DNA of 64,000 nucleotides from Carcharhinus amblyrhynchos (taxonomy: Eukaryota). How positions within the stretch are numbered: the stretch's first letter is position 1; each line of letters opens with the position of its first letter. The translations under genes were made by a program, and so were the position numbers. Under the pieces are notes generated by a model. The model was not told the origin of the DNA. It worked only from the letters and a program-made list of their open reading frames with translations, and ran no database searches. Below are positions 11,901 through 23,900 of the stretch, one piece after another. The stretch lies in assembly GCA_965287045.1 (NCBI GenBank), contig OZ336881.1, positions 84,940,001 through 85,004,000 of the forward strand. The letters are read 5' to 3'.

Positions 11901-14900
11901 AGAAGTAAAGTTGAGGGAGGCTTCGGCTGAAATTCTCCCATTTCGCCTGTCGCAGGAATCATAGTGAGTAAAACAGAAAATTTGGTGAACTATTTAAAGG
12001 TCCATTGAATTTGGGTGGGAATTTCCGGTCTTGGGACTTGGCGCAGCCGGAGAATCCCATCCACAGGCTAACAGCAGGTTGGGTTACCTGACCTCCTGGT
12101 GAAGGAGGTGGATGGGCCAGCAATATTGGAGTCAGTCACAAACAGGCTGGTCAGTGCAGCCTCATTTGGTTCATTAATTCATGTTACATGCAGCAGAAGT
12201 GGAGAATCCTGGGCAACTAACCCCCAATCCAAAAGGTATAAGGATCTGCTTATGAATCACAACATGTAGGGTGTGCTTTCCAATTAACTCTGTCCTCGTT
12301 TCAACATTTGCAGATAATTGGTGAGAGGTTGAACCAGGGATAAAAAAGACGATGAAGATTTTTCTGTGCTGAAGACTTACATGTGCGCTGGGAGCCGGAG
12401 AGATCTTCACTTTCCATCTCGTCCGGGTAGATGGCAGTAAGGGAAACATCATATGAGGTGTCAGGATTCAGGTTGTCCAAAAGCTGGCTGTTCTCGTCAC
12501 CATTTAAAATCGTCTAGAAGAATAGGCATAAAGCTAAGGTCAATTTGGGATCAGTGTTTGGAACCAATTTAGTTTCTGAAAAATGATCCCCTTGACTAAA
12601 TGGGGAAGTTTGAATTTGATATCATTCAGGTGGCCACAATAATTTCAAAATCCTTCAACAACCCTTGGCTGCAGCCACCTTCCCTTGTGCATTCTCTGGT
12701 GGTCATGTGGAGCATCTCTGCAGAAAATCAATTGGAAGACACAAATTGATTCGGACTGTTCTGTTCACTGAGTGAACAGGGTTGAGTTAATTGAGCCAAA
12801 CATCTTAATATGAGGTGCACATTGTACCTTGACTCTAAGGGTCAGTAACTTGCTTTGCTTTTAACATCAGCTACATCACTGGCCATTTCTTTTTAGACTG
12901 TAGGGTGAACTTCATCGAAACCCAGGTACCTGTTAACCCGCTGTTCTAACAATTTGCCCTGTACCATTTCCCCGATGATTGTAATTTTCCTGAGATCCTC
13001 CCTCCCTTCCAATTCATGATTTGCAGCTATTTCTGGGTTGTTACTTGTCTCCTCCATAGTGAAGTAAAATACCTGTTCAATTCTTATTTTTCATTATTAA
13101 CTCCCCAGACTTACTTTCTATCAGATCAGTGTTCGCTTTGTTAACTCTCATCTTTTTCAAATATCTATAAAAACTTGTATTATCTGTCTTCATATTTCCA
13201 GCTAGCTTTCTCTCCATTTCCAATGTTTCCATGATTATTAATCTTTTAATTATTCTTTGTTGTTTCTTATATGATTTGATTTGATTAATTATGGCCACAT
13301 GCAGTGAAAAATATTGTTTCTTGTGTGCTATACAGACAAAGCATAGCATTCATACAGAAGGAGAGGAAAGTGTGTGTAAATTTGGCCAATCTTCTGAACT
13401 GCTATCCACCTTATGCTTTTTCTTTAACTCTGATACTATCTTTAGCTTCTTTAGTTAAACACGGATTGTGAGTTTTCCCCTTGGAATTTTTATATCTCAT
13501 TAGAATACATCTATTCAGTGTATTCTGAAATGCTCTCTTAAATTTCTGCCACTGCATCTCTATTGAACTCTCTCCGACCTAAATTGTCAGTTCACTTATC
13601 CTAGTTTTGCTTTCATGCCTCTAATTTCCCTTATTTAAGTTTAAAATACTAGTCTTAGACCCCTCTTCTCCCCCTTGAACTGAATATAAAATTCAATCAT
13701 ATTATAATCGCTGCTACCTGCTGTGCCATCACTATGAGATCATTAATTAATCTTATCTCATTGCACACTAACAGATGTAGTATAGTCTGCGCCCTGGTTG
13801 GCTCCAGAACATGCTGATCTAAGAAACTATTCTGAAAACATCCAATAAAGTCACCATCATCTTTTAAATTCATTCAAATGATGTGAGCATTGTTGGTTAA
13901 GTCAGTATTTATTGTCCATCTCTAGTTGTCCTTGAGAAGGTGGTGATAAGCTACTTTCTTGAACTGCCATGTGGTAAATACAGGCACAGTGCTATTGAGG
14001 AAGGGGTTCCATGAACAGCGACAGCGAAGGAACGGCAATATATTTCCAAGTCAGGATGATGAGTAGCTTGGAGGGAAACTTCCAGGTGGTGGTGTTCCCT
14101 TGTGTCTGCTGTCCTTGTCACTCTAGGTGATAGTGGCCATGGATGTAGAACGTGCTGTCTAAGGAAACTTGGTAACTCCCTGCAGTGTCAGTTTTGCCAA
14201 TCTGATTACTTTCTAATGCTAGTACAAAACCCCTCATGCCAGCTAGAAAAATATGCTTGAGCAGTGAGAGCTTTCGGCTCTATCTGATACCTCACAGAGT
14301 TTGTCCACTGAGCTGTGAACTTAATACACACCAGCAGTCAAACTTGGCCCTTTCCTGGCAGAGTTAAGTATAGGGGGGGTGCTAGGAATTTGTGAGATGG
14401 TACTCCCTCATCCCTCATCTTATCCAGAAGATGACCAAAATTCCAAGAGTGTGGGTTTTGGGTCGAAGATGGGAGTGGATATAGCTGTGTGGCCCATCAA
14501 GAACCTAGAGCTTGTTGGCACTTCCAGTCACAATTCAGGCATTGACAACAACCAACTCGAGTGGAGACTCACTGAACTATACTCCAGCGGAGAATGAAAT
14601 TCATTAGCAAAGATTGAAGGGATGATAAGAAGGTGTGCAACATCAGTGCTTGAAAGGAGGAACATTTTCATACATATACATATCTATCTGACAGCAGTTT
14701 GCTTCCCATTTACATGTTACAAGGCAAATTAAAATGCCAGCTGGAGTTACACAGAAACAGGAAACATGGGTTTCTTCACCTCTTTTCTTTCCGTTGTCCC
14801 AGATGGAACCCAGCTTAGTCTATAGAGGGCCACATCCGGTGCTCCATGTTTCCAGTGGACCCGGAAACGGTTATCCTTGACATCTGAGAAGCGTAGGTTT

Positions 14901-17900
14901 GATGGTGCTGGGACAACCACTGTGGTGAAAAGAAACAGAACCAATGAGACCCTAAATGTACGTAAATAGCACATAGAAAACAGGATCATGACACAGTAGA
15001 AATGTGGGTATGCCGGCGTTGGACTGGCGTAAACACAGTAACTCTCCATTCACCTGACGAAGGGGCTAACCCGAAAGCTTGCGAGTATATTATCAAATAA
15101 ATAGGTTGGACTAAAACCTGGTGTTGTCAGACTTTTTACAGTAGAAATGGTCAGAGAAGGGAGGCTGTATAAGGAAACATTCAAAATACTGGTACTTTTA
15201 GCCAACCACTTGCGTTTAGTGGTTAGTAAAATGCCCCAAGGCACTTGAGAGTTGCATAATTTAACGAAAAAAATTGATACATAATCAATGAAGGCGATAT
15301 CCCCAAAGAAGCCATCGTGAGCGTTGATAACCTTATTACCATGTGATGAAAGCATGTAAAGCAGCAACTCCTCCAGTTACCATCTCTTAAAAAATGTGAA
15401 AGCATTTCCGAGAATGATCTCGGATTCCACTCCATCTAATAATCAGGAATAACTCTCTCAAATGTAACAAAGGCTTCATTTAAAAAGTCTCTGCTTCAGT
15501 CTAATAGATCATATCCAATTAACTACTGTGTTTCATCTCTTGCTTTGAATTTTTGCGGTGTCTAGCCAGTCTTTTGGGGGCAGGTTCTGGTTTCTATCTT
15601 ACCTTATGATTCCTAGCTGCATTGAAATTTATATCACCACACATCTGGATGAGTGCCAAAACGGTAAATTGATACCTTTATTTCTTTTAGAGTTCTACAG
15701 GGATAGACGAAATGCCACACACATCATACATTTAGCCTGTAACGCATTACTAAGAATATCGTGAAATACTGTTCACTTGCCTGAATGAGTGCAGCTCCAA
15801 CAAAGCTCAAGAAGCTGAACACCATTTAAACAGTAGCCTACTTGATCGGTACCCATCGCCTTCAACATTCACTCTCTCCAACACCCATGTACAGTAGCAT
15901 GCAATTCACCATGGCTCCTTTGAAAGCACCTTCCAATCCTGTGACCTTTACCATTTGGAAGGACAAGGGCAGCAGTTGCATGGATACACCACCAAGTTCC
16001 CCTCCAAGCCACTTATTATCGTGACTTCAAACTATATCGCTACTCCTTCACTGTTGGTGGGTCAGGAACCTGGAACTCCATCTTAACAGTGCCTGGGCTG
16101 GAGTGGTTCAAGAAGGCCAGCACCTTCTCAGGGGCAACTGAGGATGGGTAGTAAATGCTACCTAAGCCGGCCACCCTAATATCCCCTGAATAAATGAAAA
16201 GTAATGAATTTCTCGGTTAGGAAAAGATGTGTTTGGTTAGGTAGGGGACTATGGCTGGGTTCGTTCACCCCCGTTCTTTTCAGGCAGGTTTGGTGACGGG
16301 AGCAGAGAGACTCAAGTTGTGTTTTATGTCAGTGGAAAATCTGGCCACAATTGTCCACATCCCCTGCCATGGAATCCCGATGAGGAAGATCATTATATTG
16401 ATTTAAATCTCATTATCAGGATTCAATGCTTGAATCATCACCCCACCCTTTAAGATAACCCATTCATGTTGGCATGAGGGCAAAGTGGTAGTATTACAAA
16501 TGGTCTCATAAGTTCATAAAATATAGGAGCAGAATTAGGTCATTCGGCCCAACGTGTCAGCTCCGCCATTCGATCATGGCTGATATGCCCCTCACCCTCA
16601 TTTTCCTGCCTTCTCCCCATCACCCTTCAACCCATTACCAATTAAAAATCTAACTCCTCTTTCGTAAGTTTGTAAGTCTCACATGACATGTGCCTTGCGG
16701 GTAGATCTCTTAGAGGAGCTCAGTTGAGTATATCAAGTGGGTCATGCCTGGCACTGCCCCGCGGTATTGACCAGAGGCAGTGCCGGTTGGGATTGAGAGT
16801 GTGTGTGTGTGGGGTGGGGAGGTGATGGATAGGTTCCATTTGAGTTTTTGTGCATGAGAGTAGCCTTTAAGTCACCCTGATCTTTGAAAAAACTAAGCTG
16901 TTAGTGGGGCGGGTGGAATCAGAGCCGTCCCCATCAGTGTTACATGATGGGACTCACCCCTTGCCAATTCTTTCTCTATGTTCCTCAAAAATCACAGAGA
17001 AAACTACCATTGGTGGCAGCTCTGCCACATTCTGCTAATTACAGGTAAAATTCCACCTTGTGTTTCATGAAATTATTTTTCTTTCAACTTTCTGTGTTAG
17101 TCATGTTTATCAATTTCAAAATAACCTACCACGTAAATGGAATATTTAGATATTGTACGAGCTAAATTAATCAACTATGGAATGGGTCATGAACACATAT
17201 GACAACATCCTTAACTGCCTACAATCGAAGGCCAGGATATTCTGGCCCCACCATGGCGGAACCGACCACTGGGTTACGGCAGGGTAGCTGGTAATCCACT
17301 AGCTTTGGGTGGACAGGATGATCCCAGTGGTGGACGGGGCCAGAAAATCCCACCCTGAGCAGAACATCGCTTGCTGGATCAGTGAAGCTAACTCCCAAAG
17401 AAAGGGGTTCACAGGCCACCCACTTTTTGAAAGAAACTAGGTTAATATCAGTTGAAAAGAGGGTTTGAGGATTATAAAAATGTTAAGAGCTTTGGATAAT
17501 GGTTTTTTTTATTGGGAATTAGGGAAAAATATATCAAGGAATGTTTATTCAATCCATCATACTTTAGTCAGATCTTTTTAAGAATTATTTGATGAGTTAC
17601 TATGATGAGAGATGTTATTACTTTTAATATTTAGGGGTCTGATGTGTTATTTTGTGAAGCAGATTTATGGATCTGTCTGGGTATGAAAATAACTTAATTA
17701 AATTGGGGACTGATTGGTAAGGTTTAAGATATGAAAGGAGTTTAGGTATGAAGGTGTGCAAGTAGTTGCAGCCAAATGAATTTTCTAAATAAACAAGCAG
17801 TGGGTAGACATTTGCATTAGGAGATAAGTTAGGATTTGGATTTTCAGCTCTTAAATTTCAAAGATGAATAAAATATTTGACAATTTGAAAAATATCATAA

Positions 17901-20900
17901 AGCAATAAGGAACGATTGTTAAATTTTATTAAATTGCTATTGCCCCAAAGTGGGGGCAATAGTGAAAACATAAAATATTTTTATATTTCAGAAAAATTAA
18001 GTTCAAAGAGGTGCTAAGGACAATGAAATTGAAGATAAAAGAGAAAAATTATATTTAAGGAGTGATGCTACGCTCTGTTTGGTGGTGGCCGCATGAGACC
18101 TTCTATGGTACAGATTTGAGTGGGAAAGAGAGCTGTGAAGAGGCACAATTTGAAGCACCCATTCCAACCAAGAGAAAATGTCTGTTTTTTTAGCAAGTGA
18201 TGCTTTATTTTTAAGCATTCTTGAATTTCCATATCAGAATGGGGAAGAGTTTATGAAGTACTGTTGTATAACTTTTCCACAGGGACAGTGGGCAGGATTT
18301 TATGGCCTTACTTGGGCAAGACCAGAAATTCCCGCCTGAAGTCAACGGAGATTTCCATTCTCAGACTCTCGCCTGCTCTGATTCCGTGACGGGTGAGGTG
18401 GTAGAGTTCCGGGCAGTGAGTTTACCTTGTATTATATACTACTTGAAGTTTTTAGTTAAACATGTATAATGGGGTGTTGCCTAAAGGGTCTACTTTTATG
18501 TCGAACCAAGGAAGCTTCTTTGGATGAATGTTCAATGGAGCAAATTTAACTGTGTTTTGGGTGTTTAAATTTTATTTTCTTTTGTCATCAGAATGGAAAA
18601 GAAAAAGATTGAGACACGTGGGCCAAGTTTCCTCTTGGGATTTAGAATGGGCAGCAACTAACACCTGCTGATCATACCGCTACTCTCCCCTTCTCTTTCA
18701 CAATAGATTTGCAACCCTTTCCTTTTCCAAAGGTGATGTGAGGAAAACGTTCATGCAGTGAGCAGTTGGAATCTGGAATGTACTGCCTCTGAGTTTGTTG
18801 GAAGCAGAGTCAATCAATCAAGGCTTGCAAAAGGGAATTGGATACTTATCTGAGGAGGAAATGTTCTCAGGTCAATGCGGGGGGGGGGGGGGAAGGATAA
18901 GACAGTGTTAGTGCTGAGTTGCTCTTGCAGGGAGCCAGCATGGACAGGACAGATTGAATGGCCTCTTTCTGTGCTGTAATCATTTCATGGTTCTAAGTAG
19001 TTATGCAATTTCCATTTGAAAGCTACTCTTGAATCTCCTTCTGCCACTCCTTCAGCAGTGCATTCCAAATCTAGCAACTCACTGGGTGAGATTCTGCGGC
19101 CTCGCTCGAGTGAGACTGGAAATTCCTGCTCGAAGTCAATGGATATTTCCGTTGTCTGCCTCTCGCCCGCTCCAATTCCATGGCAGGTGGGGTGGCGGAA
19201 TTCTGGTGAGCGTGTCAAAAAGATCTCTCCCTCCACACTATCTCTTCTGCTAATTATCTTCAATCTGATGTTGTCTGGTTACTGACCCACTTTCCAGTGG
19301 AGACAGTTTCTCCTCATTTAGTCTAACAAAATTCTCCATGATTTTGAGCACATTTATTAAATCTCATCTTAACGTTCTCTGCCCTAAGTATAATAATCCC
19401 AGTGTTTTTCTTGCCTTCCTACGTATCAGAAGGGATGAGGTGTGTTGTAAGATATAAAAGCATCAGCATGTGACAAAATTATCTTACTTACAGGTGCTTT
19501 CTCGTCCAATCAGGGGAGCTGAGGGACCATAGTCGTACACTGCAGAAACTGAAACTTCATATTCCGTTTGGGATGTAAGTCCTGTTAGTGGCACAGAAGT
19601 ATCACTTGCTGGGACTTCCATCTATCAGTTTAAAGAAAAAGTATTGGATAAGAAAGTAAATTTATACGAAAATGTAATATGAACGTGAAAAAAGGCAACA
19701 TTGAGAAAGAGCATGCAGCCCACTGGAGTTTATCCCTCCTTCTCCATCAACACTTGCGCTCACCCAGTCAATACAAGTATATTACGGTGTCTGAGTCAAT
19801 TACCTTACTTTGTGATATCTTTTGAATATCTAATAAGAAAAGTGTCTAAGATCTGTTTTAAATTTATTGTGTGTCCTCTTGTCTGGCTTGACTCATATAA
19901 CTCTGGTTTCGTGTCCAGTGCTGACGTATCTTATCCTGAAATTTAAGCCATTTTTTATATTTTAAAATGGAACACAAAAGGCTGCAAAAGATGGCTATCT
20001 GACAGTCAGCTGATGTGTATTATAGATTGAAACCACTGTCTCAAAAGGGATCAATGGGAATATGCCAGACTGATGTTGAATTAATATCATGCGAACGTGC
20101 ATGTGAATATTTGAACTAGGAGCAGGAGCAGGCCACTTAGCCCCTCCAGCTAAGTTACAATCACGGTCGATCGGATTGTAATCCCAACTCCACATTCCCA
20201 CCTACACCCAATAACTTTTCACCCCCTGCTTATTAAGAATCTTTGCCTTTAAAAAAATTCAAAGACTCTGTTTCCGCCACCTTTCAGGGAAGAAACTTCT
20301 GAGATTCATGACTCTCTGAGAGAAGAAAAGTTCTGCTAATCTTCATCTTAAATAACTGATGCCTTATTTTTAAATACTGACACCGAGTTCTGGATTCTTC
20401 CTCAAAACGAAACATCTTCTCCAATCCTGTGAACCTTAAGAGGATCTTTTATGTTTCAATCAAGTCACCTCCTACCCTTCTAAACATCAATGGATACTAG
20501 CCTAAGTCTGTCTAATCCCTTCTCATAAGACAACCCGTCCATTCCAAAGCTCAAAAACCTTTTTTGAGCTGCTTATAATGCATTTATATCCTTCCTTAAA
20601 TAAGGAGACCAATACTGTACACAGTACAGTATGATGTGGTCTCACCAATGCCTTATATAACTGAAGTAAAACCTCCCTATTTTTATATTCAAGCTTCCTC
20701 ACAATAAATGATCACATTCTATTAGCTTTCCTAATTAATTGCTATGCCTGCATACTAACCTTTTGCGAATGTACTCAGACACCCAGATCGCTCTGCATCT
20801 CAGAGCTCTACAGTTTTGGAAGTCAAGTCTCTCAACCTCTAAATGATCCTGAGTAAGCTATATGGACACTCCACCCCTGAGTCTCTGACATGTTTGCAAT

Positions 20901-23900
20901 CTCTGTCTATTGGTATGTTCATGCAAGCCAGCAATCCATGTACAAGTCATTGTCTTTTTTTTAGTTCATTTTAAAACTTTATTTCTTTCCCTTAGTTGGT
21001 TATGTTTCACCATTTCAAAAACCATGCCCCCCATACGAACCCATTAAATACTTACTGCCAGTCCCAACGCCACAGAGAGTGAAGAGAGAATAGGGATGTG
21101 GTGCTGATCTCATTGTGGATTGCAGGTACATCACAGAGTGAGATACAGAGTAAAGCTCCCTCTACACTGTCCCCATCAAACACTCCCAGGACAGGTACAG
21201 CACTGGGTTAGATACAGAGTAAAGCTCCCTCTACACTGTCCCCATCAAACACTCCCAGGACAGGTACAGCACGGGGTTAGATACAGAGTAAAGCTCCCTC
21301 TACACTGTCCCCATCAAACACTCCCAGGACAGGTACAGCACGGGGTTAGATACAGAGTAAAGCTCCCTCTACACTGTCCCCATCAAACACTCCCAGGGCA
21401 GGTACAGCACTGGGTTAGATAAGTCACTGACATGTTTTCGATCTCTGTCTCTCTATTGATATGTTAAGGTTGGGCAGCAATCCATGGTGCAAGTCACTCT
21501 TTTTTTTTGTTAATTTCAAAACTTTATTTCTTTCCCCTGTTGGTCGTGTTCCTTTAATTCATAAAACCCAACCTTGCCTTAAAATCCTTGCTGCCAGTCC
21601 CCACAACACAGGGAATGAAGAGAGAATGGGGATATGCTGTTAATCTCACTGTGGATGGAGCACATCCATGTTTCAAGATGACGCCAGAATGTGAAGACTC
21701 TTTGCAAGCTGTGTATGATGTGATTTGTATGGGTAGCACGCAAAACAATCGTTTTCACAGTATCTCAGCACGTGACAATAATGAATCAAATCAAATCAGA
21801 AATCAAAACAGTGAAATGAAAAGCTTCTTTTTTATTCCAGCTGCTAAAACGATCAATCTACATTATACTCCATTTGTCAGATCTTTGTCCGTTCACTGAG
21901 TTCTCTTACGTCTTCTTCGCAATTTATCTTCCAACTTACCTTAACAACGATTCTCTCTGCCCCTTCGTTCATGTCACTTACGTAAATTGTAAAACACTGA
22001 AGCCCTACCCCTGGTCCCTGTAGCACCTCATTTGCCCCAGTCTACCAAACAGCAACTGTAGCATTCATGCCTACGCTTTTCCTGTTAGCTAGAAAATCTT
22101 ATATCCTTGCCAATATGCTACCCCCTACACGTGAGTTTTTATTTTCTACACTAATCTTTGATGTGGTACCTTATCAAATGCCTTCTGGAAATCTAAGTGT
22201 CCCTTTATCCACAGCACCTCTTATTTCTTCAAAGGACTCCAATAAATTGGTCAAACATGATTTCCTTTTTGCAAAATCATGTTGGCTGCCTGATGATCTT
22301 CAATTTATCCAAGTTCTCTGTCATAGTGAGTTTAATAATAGCTTCTAACATTTTCCATGTGACAAATGATAAGCTGACTGCCTTACTTTCCCTCCCTTTA
22401 AGTAAAAGAGTTACATTTGTTATTTTCCAATCTCATGCAACCTTCCCAGATTATAGAAAATTTTGGAAAATTAAAACCAAAGTATCAACTATCTCACTAG
22501 CTACTTCCTTTAGAAGCATGGGATGATATCCATCAGATCCCAGGGACTTCTGAACCTGAAGTTTTCACAATTTGCTCAATGCTATTCCCTAATGATTCCC
22601 TTTCCTGAAACTAATTATCAAATTAAGTGGGTCATTCAAATATGAAGACCTTAACTGCCTCACATTCCCATGGTATTAAACAAGCAACACAGGATGATAA
22701 ACACACTACCCTTTGTTTCAAGGAAGGATTTTGAACTTGTGGAAGTCACACAATGAGGAATCCTTTCTGTTGTTTCCTTCAAAACCAGGAAAAAGCTCTT
22801 CTGCAGATGGTGAATTCCACTGAAAGCTGTCAAACTAGCTGCAAGTCATCCAAGCAGTCAATGTAACAAACAGCAGTACCTTGAAAGTATGAGATCCCAA
22901 CAGAGAGAGAAGGCTGAAGTTCACATAAGAACCAACAATCTGGAAATTAGACTACCAGAAACATCACAGCCTGCTAAAAATCCCTCACCTTACAGGACCT
23001 TCACCTTAACTTTAAAACATCAATTTCATCCAAGAAACCACAGGCTTCCCACAAAGAGTCTGAGATAATTGTAAGCAGTAACAGCATATGATCTTCATCT
23101 AATATGTGTGTGTGAGAGAGTATATGTAAGACGAGTGAGTGAAATGTTAGTTAAGTTCAGGATAATTGTGTGATAATAAATAATCTTAATCACCTTTAAC
23201 ATACAAACATATTGATCATGAACAATAAAGGAAATCACACAAATCTAGTCTGTAAGATTCACTGTTCCTGTGCAAATTTTGCGTCCTGAATTAGCCAAGA
23301 GTTGCGCGTGCACACTAATGCACCCAGGTTTGTAGTCCCCATTTACATCAATTTTATCCAATTCTGAATCTTATTTCACACCTTGGCTGGGTTATTGAAT
23401 ATATTCAAGGCTGAGTTAGACAGGTTTTTGATCTGCAAGGAGATTAAGGATTGTGGGGGACGGACAGCAAAATGAGTTTACGGCCACAATCAAATCAACC
23501 AGAGTAGGTTCAGAGTTTACTTGGAGTGCAAACCATGCAGATCATTTTTTAATTGTTTATATTATTGCGAATCTCCATGGGAAGGTTGGACAAGTCTCAT
23601 TCACATCTTAAACCTGCTGCATTAGGAGCTCAATTAGCAGAGACTAAGTAAGCGTATTTGCATGAAGAGTGAGATCAGGATCACACCAATTCCTCTGTAT
23701 CTAAGTTTACATATAGTGGTTAGACAGCTGGCAGACACACTGGAAATTTTCTTGATCTTCAAGCAAGGAAGGGGTAAAATAGGTACAAGGCAAATGGAGA
23801 AAGAACTAAAGAATACAACTTCATGTTATTCTACAAAAGAACATGTTAACTCACCTCCTTGACACCTTCATCATCCGCTTCCATGTATTTAATCAAATAT

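Noticed and set aside
9470-12110. Other micro-exon candidates near 9515..9555, 11790..11800 and 12087..12094
   Set aside because: Lengths and phases do not preserve the col12a1 frame; only 10587..10616 fits.
21120-21422. CRISPR array, or a real 100-aa repeat protein
   Set aside because: Units are head-to-tail with no unique spacers and the context is vertebrate. The ORF stays open only because 69 is a multiple of 3.
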